Assembly (NCBI GenBank): GCA_045591565.1
Contig: JAZNTB010000080.1
Location: 1-57,843, forward strand
DNA: 57,843 nt
Direction of reading: 5' to 3'
Source: Clostridia bacterium
GTDB taxonomy: Bacteria > Bacillota > Clostridia > UBA1381
A program made the position numbers and the translations under genes. Below are positions 48,601-57,114 of this stretch, one piece after another (within the stretch, counting starts at the first letter, position 1; the number at the start of each line of letters is the position of its first letter). The notes beneath the pieces were generated by a model, which had not been told where the DNA came from, did not search any database, and worked only from the letters and a program-made list of their open reading frames with translations.

Positions 48601-48751
48601 TATATTGAATGTACATTTTAGCTCCGCCTCAGTTATCCTGCCTGAAAGTCGCATATCATATATGCATCATCATAGCTTAAGGTAACCGTCTTGGTTTTCC
48701 TTCCGGAAACCGCATAAACTTGTACCTCACCAAGACCCACTCATCCTTTTA

Positions 48752-49537
48752 TTACGGCTGTTTACCGATATATGCAAGGATTCCTCCATCAACATAGAGA
48801 ATGTGGCCGTTTACAAAGTTTGACGCATCACTTGCCAGGAATATAGCAGGTCCTGCCAAATCTTCAGGATTTCCCCAACGCGCAGCAGGTGTCTTTGCGA
48901 TAATGAACTTGTCGAACGGATGTCTTTCGCCGTCCGGCTGGATTTCACGAAGCGGTGCTGTCTGCGGTGTCGCAATATATCCCGGTCCGATTCCGTTACA
49001 CTGGATATTGCATTCGCCGTATTCTGATGCGATATTTTTAGTTAACATCTTAAGTCCGCCCTTTGCTGCAGCATAGGCTGAAACTGTTTCTCTGCCAAGC
49101 TCGGACATCATTGAGCAAATATTGATAATCTTGCCGTGCCCCTTCTTAATCATAGAAGGAATTACAGCCTTTGCACAGATAAACGGTGCGTTTAAGTCAA
49201 CATCAATTACCTTTCGGAACTCATCTGCACTCATTTCGCACATCGGGATTCTCTTTATAATTCCTGCGTTATTTACTAAAATGTCTATAACGCCTACTTC
49301 TTCCTCGATTTTTGCTACCATTGCATTTACTGCATTTTCATCGGTTACATCGCAAACATAACCTGCAGCATCAATTCCGTCAGCCTTGTAGCTATCAAGG
49401 CCTTTATTTACCAATTCCTCGTTTATATCGTTAAATACAATCTTTGCACCTGCTCCTGCCAAACCCTTTGCAATAGCATATCCTATTCCGTAAGAACCGC
49501 CTGTTACGAGTGCAATTTTTCCTGTTAAATCAAACAT
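48752..49537 (-). CDS. kduD: 2-dehydro-3-deoxy-D-gluconate 5-dehydrogenase (SDR)
   Basis: SDR motifs TGGSYGIG, NNAG and YAAAK. Length and the adjacent kduI gene are typical of KduD. Confidence 0.85.
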   Translation of the reverse strand: MFDLTGKIALVTGGSYGIGYAIAKGLAGAGAKIVFNDINEELVNKGLDSYKADGIDAAGYVCDVTDENAVNAMVAKIEEEVGVIDILVNNAGIIKRIPMCEMSADEFRKVIDVDLNAPFICAKAVIPSMIKKGHGKIINICSMMSELGRETVSAYAAAKGGLKMLTKNIASEYGECNIQCNGIGPGYIATPQTAPLREIQPDGERHPFDKFIIAKTPAARWGNPEDLAGPAIFLASDASNFVNGHILYVDGGILAYIGKQP

Positions 49538-49570
49538 AATTTTACTCCTTTATTTCGATATACCAACTAA

Positions 49571-49672
49571 CGCAGAAAAGAAGCAAGCAGATTGCCGCTT
49601 CGTAGCGAGCGGTGTTGTACCCTGTGTACCGCCCCGAGCGAAAAGCGGTGAGATGTGCCGCTTATTTTCTGT
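49571..49672. repeat. GC-rich hairpin cluster in the kduI-kduD intercistronic gap
   Basis: Outer pairing CAGAAAA/TTTTCTG encloses the CCGCT/AGCGG and ACCGC/GCGGT hairpins. It is non-coding. Confidence 0.4.
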
Positions 49673-49679
49673 GTTCCTG

Positions 49680-50510
49680 TTATCGTAAGTTCTTTGTTTC
49701 GATATGGTCCATATCTGTGAACTCTTGATTTTCGCCGCACATTGCCCAGATAAATGAGTAATTCTTTGTGCCGACACCTGAGTGAATTGACCAGCTTGGT
49801 GAAATTACAGCCTCTTCATTGTGCATAATGATATGGCGTGTTTCATTCGGCTCGCCCATCATATGGAATACTGCATCATTTTCTCCCATATCAAGGTAGA
49901 GATAAACCTCCATTCTTCTGTCATGAGTATGAGAAGGCATTGTGTTCCAGTTTGAGCCAACCTCAAGCTGTGTAAGTCCCATAGCAAGCTGACAGGATTT
50001 CATAACCTCAGGATGAATGTACTGATTGATTACTCTCTTATTACATTCTTCAACACTACCGCAAGGCACCTTTTTAGCCTTTGTAATATCAATCTTTACG
50101 ATTGGGTATGTAGCGTGCGCAGGACATGATGAAACATAGAACTTCGGTGGGTTTTCTGTGTCGATACACTTAAATGTTATCTCCTTGTTGCCCATACCGA
50201 TGTATATTCCATCTCTTGGGTTCATTTCATATTCTGTGCCGTCAACCGTGATAATACCCTTGCCGCCGATATTAATACATCCCATTTCTCTTCTCTCCAA
50301 GAAATAGTCAGCTGCCAATTCTTTGCCCGCTTCAAGCTTAAGCTCCTGGCAAACCGGCATAATACCTGCTGTGATAATTCTGTCGATATGGCTATATACC
50401 ATCTTTATGTTGTCCTTTGTAAACAACTCCGAAATGTGAAATTCCTCTCTGAGTCTGTCTGTGTCATAATGCTTTACATCTTTTGGGTTTGATGCACTTC
50501 TTATTTCCAT
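49680..50510 (-). CDS. kduI: 5-dehydro-4-deoxy-D-glucuronate isomerase
   Basis: 276-aa cupin with a KduI-typical sequence (MPSHTHDRRMEVYLY). Confidence 0.9.
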   Translation of the reverse strand: MEIRSASNPKDVKHYDTDRLREEFHISELFTKDNIKMVYSHIDRIITAGIMPVCQELKLEAGKELAADYFLERREMGCINIGGKGIITVDGTEYEMNPRDGIYIGMGNKEITFKCIDTENPPKFYVSSCPAHATYPIVKIDITKAKKVPCGSVEECNKRVINQYIHPEVMKSCQLAMGLTQLEVGSNWNTMPSHTHDRRMEVYLYLDMGENDAVFHMMGEPNETRHIIMHNEEAVISPSWSIHSGVGTKNYSFIWAMCGENQEFTDMDHIETKNLR

Positions 50511-50523
50511 CTTTGCTTCCTCC

Positions 50524-51318
50524 TTAATTTTCTATTCTGTCGAAGGCAGCTACTGCCTTGTCTTCGCTTATTTCTTCACTTATCACCGGAATGTCAAGGC
50601 CATACTTTTTCATATTATCAAAAATAAGCTTAAAGTTCAGCATACCCTCACCCGGCACCGCCATACGCAGTTCTCCGTTTTCCACTACAAAATCCTTTGC
50701 GTGGAGTACACATATTTTATCTGCTAAAAGCTCAAAGGTGTCATTGATTATCTTGTCCTGATTCATATAATTTTGAGCATTTATGTAGTTAACCGGATCA
50801 AAAATTACTTTCACATTGTCGGATGCCAGATCGTCAACAATCCTTTTCATCTTCTGCGGAGTGTTGATTACGAAAGCGTGAACTCCTTCGATACCGACGC
50901 AAACATCATTTTCCTCAGCAAAGCTGACTACTTCTCGCATTGTCGAAAGCACCCTTTGATACGCTTCCTCAGAGTTTGTCATACCGTCTTTATAAGTTCC
51001 GGTTTCTGTTCCCACAACGATTGGTTTCAAGACGGTTGCATAGCGGATTTTCTCTTTGAATTTTGCAATATCGCCGGAAAGTGCCTCGTCATCCGGTGAT
51101 GACGGGTTGATATAGCTTCCAAGCACTGCAATCTTCATATCGCCAAGCTGATTTTTAAGCTCCGCTGCATACTCTTTCGAAAACCTTCCGGTTTCAAAAT
51201 CCTTTATGCTTCTTTCTAAAACCAACTGGCCATATTCAATCCCGCACTCACTGCATCTTGCTGCAATCGCCGAAAGTCCGTCCGCTCCAACATCGTGCAG
51301 TCTTATTCCTCTTTTCAT
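50524..51318 (-). CDS. xylose-isomerase-like TIM-barrel sugar phosphate isomerase/epimerase
   Basis: AP_endonuc_2-type barrel pattern. It lies inside the uronate cluster. Confidence 0.7.
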   Translation of the reverse strand: MKRGIRLHDVGADGLSAIAARCSECGIEYGQLVLERSIKDFETGRFSKEYAAELKNQLGDMKIAVLGSYINPSSPDDEALSGDIAKFKEKIRYATVLKPIVVGTETGTYKDGMTNSEEAYQRVLSTMREVVSFAEENDVCVGIEGVHAFVINTPQKMKRIVDDLASDNVKVIFDPVNYINAQNYMNQDKIINDTFELLADKICVLHAKDFVVENGELRMAVPGEGMLNFKLIFDNMKKYGLDIPVISEEISEDKAVAAFDRIEN

Positions 51319-51321
51319 TAC

Positions 51322-52431
51322 TTACGCCTCCAAATCCTTCAGCACGCCGTAGGCCTCACCTATCATAATCAGGAACGCCCCTGTTCCGTGCATATCATTC
51401 TGTATTTTTTCGCGTGCGTAATAATGCTCTTTTGTTCCCTCGTCAATACAAGTTCCGATACATATTTCAGGCACGATAACGAGTCCGTTTTCCTCGCCTA
51501 AAGTCGCCAAAACGCCGTCAACGCCTTTTTTTACAACGCTGACAAACTCCTCACCTAAAATTCCCATCTTAACAGCCTTTGCCACAGCCGCCGTTATCAA
51601 GCAGCTGCAGGAATTTTCAAGCCAGTTGTCCGCATCGTTTACCTTGTCTATAACCTGATACCATCTGCCCGATTCATGCTGGAAGCCTACAAGAGTAGTC
51701 AAAAGCTCTTTCTCGATTTCTTCAATTCTCGCGCGGTCAGCATGGTCTTTCGGAAGAACTTCTAAAACCTCGGCTGTTGCCATAACATACCAGCCCATAG
51801 CTCTGCCCCAAACCTCCTGGGAAAGTCCTGTTTCCTGGTCTGCCCACGGAGCCTGCTTGGTTCCGTCATAGCCGTGACGCAGAAGTCCGTTTTCATCCTT
51901 CATTTTTTCATACATAAAAAGTATCTGTTTTGCTGCCATATCAAAGTATTTCGGCTTTGAAAAAGCCTTTGCATACAGCGATAAAAGCGGCGATACCATG
52001 TAAAGTCCGTCAAGCCATACCTCGTTCGGGCAGTACTCGGCATGCCAGAAAATTCCCTCCTGGGTTACCGGATATTCCTCCAGACTCTCGGTCAGGTATT
52101 TTAAAATCTTTGCATATTTTTCTTCCTTTGTATGCTCATAGAGGTCAAACAGCAAAATTCCCGGCTGTCTGAAATCAAGGCTCTTTAAAGAACACCAGTC
52201 GTTACCGATATCGGGAATAGTCCCGTCCTCATTTGTCACATCGGCAACCCACAGTTTTATAAATTCCCTGTACTTTTCTTCGTTTTTATATTTGCCTATC
52301 TTTTGCATACCTGAAAGCAAAACCCCGTGGTGATATGTAAACATATGTATATTCGGCGATATCGCACCTGTCGGGAATTTACTTACTACATTGTCGCATA
52401 AAGCTACCCCATAATCTAAAATGCTCATCAT
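51322..52431 (-). CDS. GH105/GH88-type unsaturated rhamnogalacturonyl/glucuronyl hydrolase
   Basis: YteR/YesR-like (alpha/alpha)6 barrel sequence. Start trimmed to ATG 52429-52431 after AGGAG. No signal peptide. Confidence 0.75.
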   Translation of the reverse strand: MMSILDYGVALCDNVVSKFPTGAISPNIHMFTYHHGVLLSGMQKIGKYKNEEKYREFIKLWVADVTNEDGTIPDIGNDWCSLKSLDFRQPGILLFDLYEHTKEEKYAKILKYLTESLEEYPVTQEGIFWHAEYCPNEVWLDGLYMVSPLLSLYAKAFSKPKYFDMAAKQILFMYEKMKDENGLLRHGYDGTKQAPWADQETGLSQEVWGRAMGWYVMATAEVLEVLPKDHADRARIEEIEKELLTTLVGFQHESGRWYQVIDKVNDADNWLENSCSCLITAAVAKAVKMGILGEEFVSVVKKGVDGVLATLGEENGLVIVPEICIGTCIDEGTKEHYYAREKIQNDMHGTGAFLIMIGEAYGVLKDLEA

Positions 52432-52441
52432 AATTCTCCTG

Positions 52442-53806
52442 TTACATAGCGTTTGGAATTGACAGCCAGTTGTATCCGCTACCCAGCTTTCTAACATTCT
52501 TCTTCAGGAAGCCGTTTTCGTAACGCATCTTCATAATCTCGCCGTCCTTTGCATCGGCATCGCCCCAAATCTGAGCCTTGTTTCCGCAAAGTACCAACAT
52601 CTGTTCACCCTCATAGTCAAGGAACTTTCCGCTTGTCCACGCTCTTCCCTTGATTTCTGCTACGAGGTTCTTCTGGTCGTCATAAACCTCTACCTTGCCG
52701 TCAGCACTGTAGAAGAAATCTGTATATCCGTCACCGTTTAAGTCGATAGGTCTTATTATCTGAAGCGGTCTCGGGAAATCGTATTCAAGGCGCTCACCTG
52801 TCATAACATCGTAGATTATGAATTCTTGTGTACCCTTCTTTGCTCTTCTTCTGTGGGCAAAAGCAATCTTTTTATAATCATCTCTTAAGCGCGCAATCCA
52901 GCCCATATGCATATGAGCATCATCTACATAGTGACCCCATTCGTCGCTGTAAATATCTTCCCATACAATGTGTCCGTCATCAGCATCAAACATAACAACT
53001 CTCGGACAACCCTCATAATCACCGTTCTCTCTTAGTGTATACACATACATATGTCCCTCGTGCATAAACGGAAGAACAAAATCGGAATGTCCGTGGTATC
53101 TGTCGCCGTCGAAGCAGAAAAGTTCTTCTCCTGTGTCAATGTTTAAAACATGCTCGCCAAAGAAAATCTCCTCAATGCCATCCCCGTTGATATCAAGGAC
53201 GGTAAGAGTATGTGAGTTACAAGAGCCATCCTCAACAGGAATTGTCTTTTTCCAACGAAGCGAAAGGTCGGCATTGTATGCCTGAATATGTATATCCTTA
53301 TAGATACCCTGAGTCTTTAAAAGTATCGGCTCGCCGTTTGCATAGCCTGAACCAATCATAAATCTGTATGCGTGACCCATTCTGTCCCACTCGGTATTCT
53401 CCGCATCAAAATGTATCTTTTCCATATTTTCGCCTGTCCTTGAATCAATACGCTGGAGCTTCATATCTCTATGATTGAAATACCACGGTGACTCATTTGT
53501 CATGCACCATATTTCGTCACTTCCGTCGCTGTTTAAGTCAAACGCCAGAAATGGTGTGATCCATGTACTTGGCAAAACCGTTTTCGGCATCACCTTGTCC
53601 CAAAGTTTATTTCCATCCGCATCGAACATTGTAAGCTCAACTCTTTCAGTCGTGGTTTTCATTGTCGCCTCGCACGGGTCTATATTTCCCTCCTTTGATG
53701 TTACAAAGAGAAATCCCTTCTTGTCCTTCTCGATATTAAGCTCACAAGCACCGAAAAAATCCACTTCTTTGCCAATATCAAATTCCTTTAGCATTTCGAT
53801 TTTCAT
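52442..53806 (-). CDS. PL11-like (rhamnogalacturonan lyase-like) FG-GAP beta-propeller protein, cytoplasmic
   Basis: DLNSDGSDEI, DINGDGIEEIFFGEHVLNIDTGEEL..GHSD and DLNGDGYTDF motifs parallel YesW/YesX propeller blades. Start at ATG 53804-53806, 7 nt after GGAGG. No signal peptide. Confidence 0.55.
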   Translation of the reverse strand: MKIEMLKEFDIGKEVDFFGACELNIEKDKKGFLFVTSKEGNIDPCEATMKTTTERVELTMFDADGNKLWDKVMPKTVLPSTWITPFLAFDLNSDGSDEIWCMTNESPWYFNHRDMKLQRIDSRTGENMEKIHFDAENTEWDRMGHAYRFMIGSGYANGEPILLKTQGIYKDIHIQAYNADLSLRWKKTIPVEDGSCNSHTLTVLDINGDGIEEIFFGEHVLNIDTGEELFCFDGDRYHGHSDFVLPFMHEGHMYVYTLRENGDYEGCPRVVMFDADDGHIVWEDIYSDEWGHYVDDAHMHMGWIARLRDDYKKIAFAHRRRAKKGTQEFIIYDVMTGERLEYDFPRPLQIIRPIDLNGDGYTDFFYSADGKVEVYDDQKNLVAEIKGRAWTSGKFLDYEGEQMLVLCGNKAQIWGDADAKDGEIMKMRYENGFLKKNVRKLGSGYNWLSIPNAM

Positions 53807-53944
53807 AATACGACCTCCTTTTAGAACTTTAGTTCTATATCTGTTTAATTTTATCACGCAAAAATAATTGTGTCAATATTTGTTATTTGTTTATCAGAGC
53901 TTTATGTGTCCCTTTTCGCTCCGTTTGTGTATGCCAAAATCTAT

Positions 53945-54496
53945 CTATGCCTCAAAGTGCCTGATTATACTCATCACAGACGGAATTAATATAAGCTGCA
54001 GTATTATTCCCGGAATTGCATCCAAAAAACCCCCTGTAATAAATGCAGCGAAACCAAAGCTTTTTCCTCCAAGCCCTAAAAGAATTGTTTTTGCAACTCC
54101 CCAAGCAACCCGCCCTGCAAGCATCGATACAACCAGACACAAATATAAATATCACAAACCGGATTCCTTTCTGCGCAAATACATAAGCCCGATAACAAAT
54201 CCATATGTTGCAAGCTCAAGTGCCATCCAGACAGCATTTGGGTAAAGCGGCGGCACCGAAAAGATTGCAGCACGGAAAACTGGCAGCAATAATCCTACCG
54301 CAAACCCGTACTGCGGTCCGCAAATAAGTCCGCAAAGCATAACCGGAATGTGCATAGGAAGCAGGCTATCCCCTATTTCCTTGATTTGTGCAGTAAAAAG
54401 AGGCAGAATCGTCCCTATCGCCATAAACAACGCAGAAAGAAGCAGTTTTCTTTTGTTCGTACCTTCCAAATCATCCACCTTTTCCCTATTCAACAA
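53945..54496 (-). pseudogene. ECF-transporter S (substrate-capture) component interrupted by a single in-frame TGA
   Basis: ORFs 54152..54496 and 53945..54142 are in the same frame and read ...YLRRKESGL-TGA-YLYLCLVVSMLAG.... Together they give a ~180-aa, 5-6 TM protein of the ThiW/ECF-S type. Confidence 0.6.
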
Positions 54497-54788
54497 AATC
54501 CATGCACGCTCTTGTCTTTGTATAAGGTCTTACCTTTGTATCCGCCACCTTCACATGTGCCGGATGCGAGGCATATCCTTTAAGACTTTCCTCGCTGTCT
54601 AAAACCGAATAAAGCATGACATCAACATTCGAAGAATTAAGAGGATTTATCTCCACCTTCATCTCTAAAAGCCCCGGAACAACTCCTAAAAGTCCTTCCA
54701 GACTCTTTTTCATATCAAGCTTTATTTCGTCGTTATTATACTCTTCCTTAAGTGTCCATAAAATGATGTGTTTTACCATAATTTCCAT
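54486..54788 (-). CDS. Dabb (stress-responsive alpha/beta barrel) family protein
   Basis: 100-aa protein with a Dabb-typical HIILW...HPAH pattern. Confidence 0.75.
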   Translation of the reverse strand: MEIMVKHIILWTLKEEYNNDEIKLDMKKSLEGLLGVVPGLLEMKVEINPLNSSNVDVMLYSVLDSEESLKGYASHPAHVKVADTKVRPYTKTRACMDFVE

Positions 54789-54819
54789 CCTTTCAGCTAA
54801 TCATATCTTTAATAATTAA

Positions 54820-54848
54820 ATTATAACAAACATACGCTTTCTTTTCAA
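54820..54848 (-). promoter_or_regulatory. sigma-A promoter for the Dabb / ECF-S unit
   Basis: On the minus strand: TTGAAA (54843-54848), a 17-nt spacer, then TATAAT (54820-54825). Confidence 0.7.
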
Positions 54849-54925
54849 CCGACTTGTCATAGATTCCTTAAGAAAATTCTCCCGATAAGAGAGTGTCGGC
54901 GGTTTTGATGCTTTAGAAAAATACC

Positions 54926-54952
54926 AAAAAACCACCCTTTGGGTGGTTTTTT
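54926..54952. terminator. bidirectional terminator after the FAD/Rieske gene
   Basis: A6, AACCACCC-TTT-GGGTGGTT, then a T-run. Confidence 0.8.
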
Positions 54953-55021
54953 CGGTTGGGAAAGCAGAATTGGTTTAGACACCACATAAAAAATTAAACC
55001 AAAAACTTACTTTTGCTAATT

Positions 55022-56320
55022 TTATTTTTTCATATCCTCTGTAGCAGGGTTATTTATTATATTTCCATTCTTCTCAAATCTTGATCCGTGACACGGGCAA
55101 TCCCACGAATGTTCTTGCTTATTATATTTTAATGCACATCCCATATGAGGACATCTCGGCGTTGTGGGCCTGAGCAATCCTTTTACAGATTCAAATATAT
55201 TTACAGCAAGCTGAGGATGCCATATACTTCTTGATGGTGAATAGATATCTGCACATTCGCTTTTTCTTCCGCAGATCAAATCGGTCAGTATCATAGCAGA
55301 AAGCATCGAGGATGTCATCCCCCACTTATTAAACCCTGTCGCCACATACAAATCAGGTGTCGATTTGGAATATTTACCTATATACGGAACAGAGTCCAAT
55401 GTCATACAATCCTGGGTTGCCCATCTGGCAACCTTTTTCGCTTCAGGATAGTATTGTTGTGCAAATCTTTCCAGTTCTGTCCAGTTTCCTCCTTTGCCTC
55501 CAGTGCGGTGGCTTCCGCCACCAAGCAACATTAAATCATTGTAACTTCTGAATGATAGTCCTTCTTCGTCCTCATCAACATACATATCCTTGATATTTGT
55601 TGCATTTTTAAGTGCAACAACATAAGACCTGTGTTGATACATCTTCAGGAAATACCCGCCATGCTTATCGATTAACGGAAAATGTGTTGCCACAATAATT
55701 TTACTTGCAGTAATTTTTCCGTTGTTGGTGATTGCTGTATGCGGCGCCAATTCAACAACTTTGGTATTTTCGTATATTTTTAAATCATTTGCAATGGCAT
55801 AGGCAAATTTCAGTGGATGAAATTTTGCTTGATTTTCAATCTTCACTGCACCCGCAACATCAAAAGGCAATTCCGTGTCTGTGCAAAATTTAGCGTCACA
55901 GCCAATTTTGTTTAAAGCCATAACTTCTTTTTCGATTATATTTCTATCCTTCATTGAATAAACAAAGGAATTACACCATTCGAAATCATCATCCGATTTA
56001 GAAGCAAGTGTAGTTAGTTTGTGAAAAGCATCTTTTTGACTTATATAATAGTGTTGTGCTTTTTCAATACCATATTTTTCGATTAGCTTGTCATATATAA
56101 GGCCGTGTTGAAATGTTATTTTTGCTGTTGTATCATTTGTTATACCTGCGCATATTTTGTCTGCCTCGACCAATGCGCAATCCACACCAGCCTCCTTTAT
56201 CATATATGCACATAAAATACCGCACAAACCACCACCAATAATCAATACATCTGTTTTAATATCACTATTTAGCGGTTCAAATTGGTATTTTTTAACACCG
56301 TCATTCCATATAGATTTCAT
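55022..56320 (-). CDS. FAD-dependent oxidoreductase fused to a C-terminal Rieske 2Fe-2S domain (YhfW-like)
   Basis: DAO-type GxGxxG (IIGGGLCG) and a Rieske CPHMGC...CPCHGS. Start trimmed to ATG 56318-56320 after GAGGTGA. AT-rich. Confidence 0.8.
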   Translation of the reverse strand: MKSIWNDGVKKYQFEPLNSDIKTDVLIIGGGLCGILCAYMIKEAGVDCALVEADKICAGITNDTTAKITFQHGLIYDKLIEKYGIEKAQHYYISQKDAFHKLTTLASKSDDDFEWCNSFVYSMKDRNIIEKEVMALNKIGCDAKFCTDTELPFDVAGAVKIENQAKFHPLKFAYAIANDLKIYENTKVVELAPHTAITNNGKITASKIIVATHFPLIDKHGGYFLKMYQHRSYVVALKNATNIKDMYVDEDEEGLSFRSYNDLMLLGGGSHRTGGKGGNWTELERFAQQYYPEAKKVARWATQDCMTLDSVPYIGKYSKSTPDLYVATGFNKWGMTSSMLSAMILTDLICGRKSECADIYSPSRSIWHPQLAVNIFESVKGLLRPTTPRCPHMGCALKYNKQEHSWDCPCHGSRFEKNGNIINNPATEDMKK

Positions 56321-56514
56321 AGGCTCACCTCTGTTGTTATTATATCTTATTTCAAGAGATGAATACCTTTGTTGAAAAGAAAGTCCGGTGCAAAAATACA
56401 AGTTTTGACCCCATATTGGTCTTGATGCCTGCCGACAGACAGAATCATCTTCCCTTCTTTGTCCACGCACCAAACGACCAACCTCGTGCCAGTTAACAGA
56501 TTTTCTTTAAATTG

Positions 56515-56769
56515 CTAACTGTGGTTATTCTTAGATTTAATGTCTTCAAAAACAAAATAAAGTATCCTTAGTAGTTTATATACAAGTTTAAATGGCAGAA
56601 TGAAGTATCTGAATTTATGCATATAGTATGCCTTTCGCGTCATAACAATTACAGGTTTCCATTCTCCGCAATGCTCACATAAATCTAAATCTTTTGATAT
56701 GATATATTCTTTTCCACTGTCCTCGTTTTCATTTATTTTGTTCCAACATTCCAAGCAAAATTCAGCCAT
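56515..56769 (-). CDS. small zinc-ribbon protein with hydrophobic C-terminal helix (84 aa)
   Basis: CLEC...CEHC four-Cys ribbon, then FRYFILPFKLVYKLLRILYFVF. Divergent from the XRE gene. No family recognised. Confidence 0.5.
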   Translation of the reverse strand: MAEFCLECWNKINENEDSGKEYIISKDLDLCEHCGEWKPVIVMTRKAYYMHKFRYFILPFKLVYKLLRILYFVFEDIKSKNNHS

Positions 56770-56797
56770 AACATATTCCCCTACCCAAAATTATATC

Positions 56798-56837
56798 ATC
56801 ACAAAACGAGATATATGTCAATATCTCATTTTGTGAT
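56798..56837. promoter_or_regulatory. 17-nt inverted repeat (probable XRE operator) overlapping the xre promoter
   Basis: ATCACAAAACGAGATAT (56798-56814) and ATATCTCATTTTGTGAT (56821-56837) form an inverted repeat with one mismatch. TGTG-TATAAT (-10 at 56842-56847) lies just downstream. Confidence 0.6.
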
Positions 56838-56870
56838 TGTGTATAATAAATATTAAAAGGAGGGATTGAT

Positions 56871-57086
56871 ATGCGTATTAAAGATTTGCGTGAGGATGCC
56901 GATATTACTCAAAAAGAACTTGCAGATTATTTAAATATTAAGCAAAACACATATTCTCAATATGAAAACGGTCAGCGTCAACTCCCTCTTGATGCTCTGA
57001 TAAAACTGGCGAACTATTTCAACACATCTACTGATTATATTTTAGAGCTGACCAATATTCCAACTCCATATCCTAAAAATATGTAA
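56871..57086 (+). CDS. XRE-family helix-turn-helix transcriptional regulator (71 aa)
   Basis: HTH_3 pattern (ITQKELADYLNIKQNTYSQYENGQR). GGAGGG RBS. Confidence 0.88.
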   Translation: MRIKDLREDADITQKELADYLNIKQNTYSQYENGQRQLPLDALIKLANYFNTSTDYILELTNIPTPYPKNM

Positions 57087-57114
57087 GAGATGCTTTCAAG
57101 CATCTCATTTTTTG
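57087..57114 (+). terminator. terminator after the xre gene
   Basis: GAGATGCTT-TC-AAGCATCTC followed by ATTTTTTG. Confidence 0.8.

Noticed and set aside
48693-48711. The GGAA-tetraloop hairpin (GGTTTCC-GGAA-GGAAAACC on the minus strand) as SRP RNA domain IV.
   Set aside because: The flanking helix is almost perfectly paired and lacks the conserved symmetric and asymmetric internal loops (AGCA / GGUC-type) of SRP RNA. The available non-coding space is also too small for a Firmicute ~265-nt SRP RNA.
54152-54154. The in-frame TGA as selenocysteine or a reassigned codon.
   Set aside because: No SECIS-like hairpin follows the codon. TGA is used as a genuine stop by several well-defined genes in the window (for example cmk 10079-10081, rsgA 22256-22258, prkC 23121-23123, DinD-like 38937-38939).
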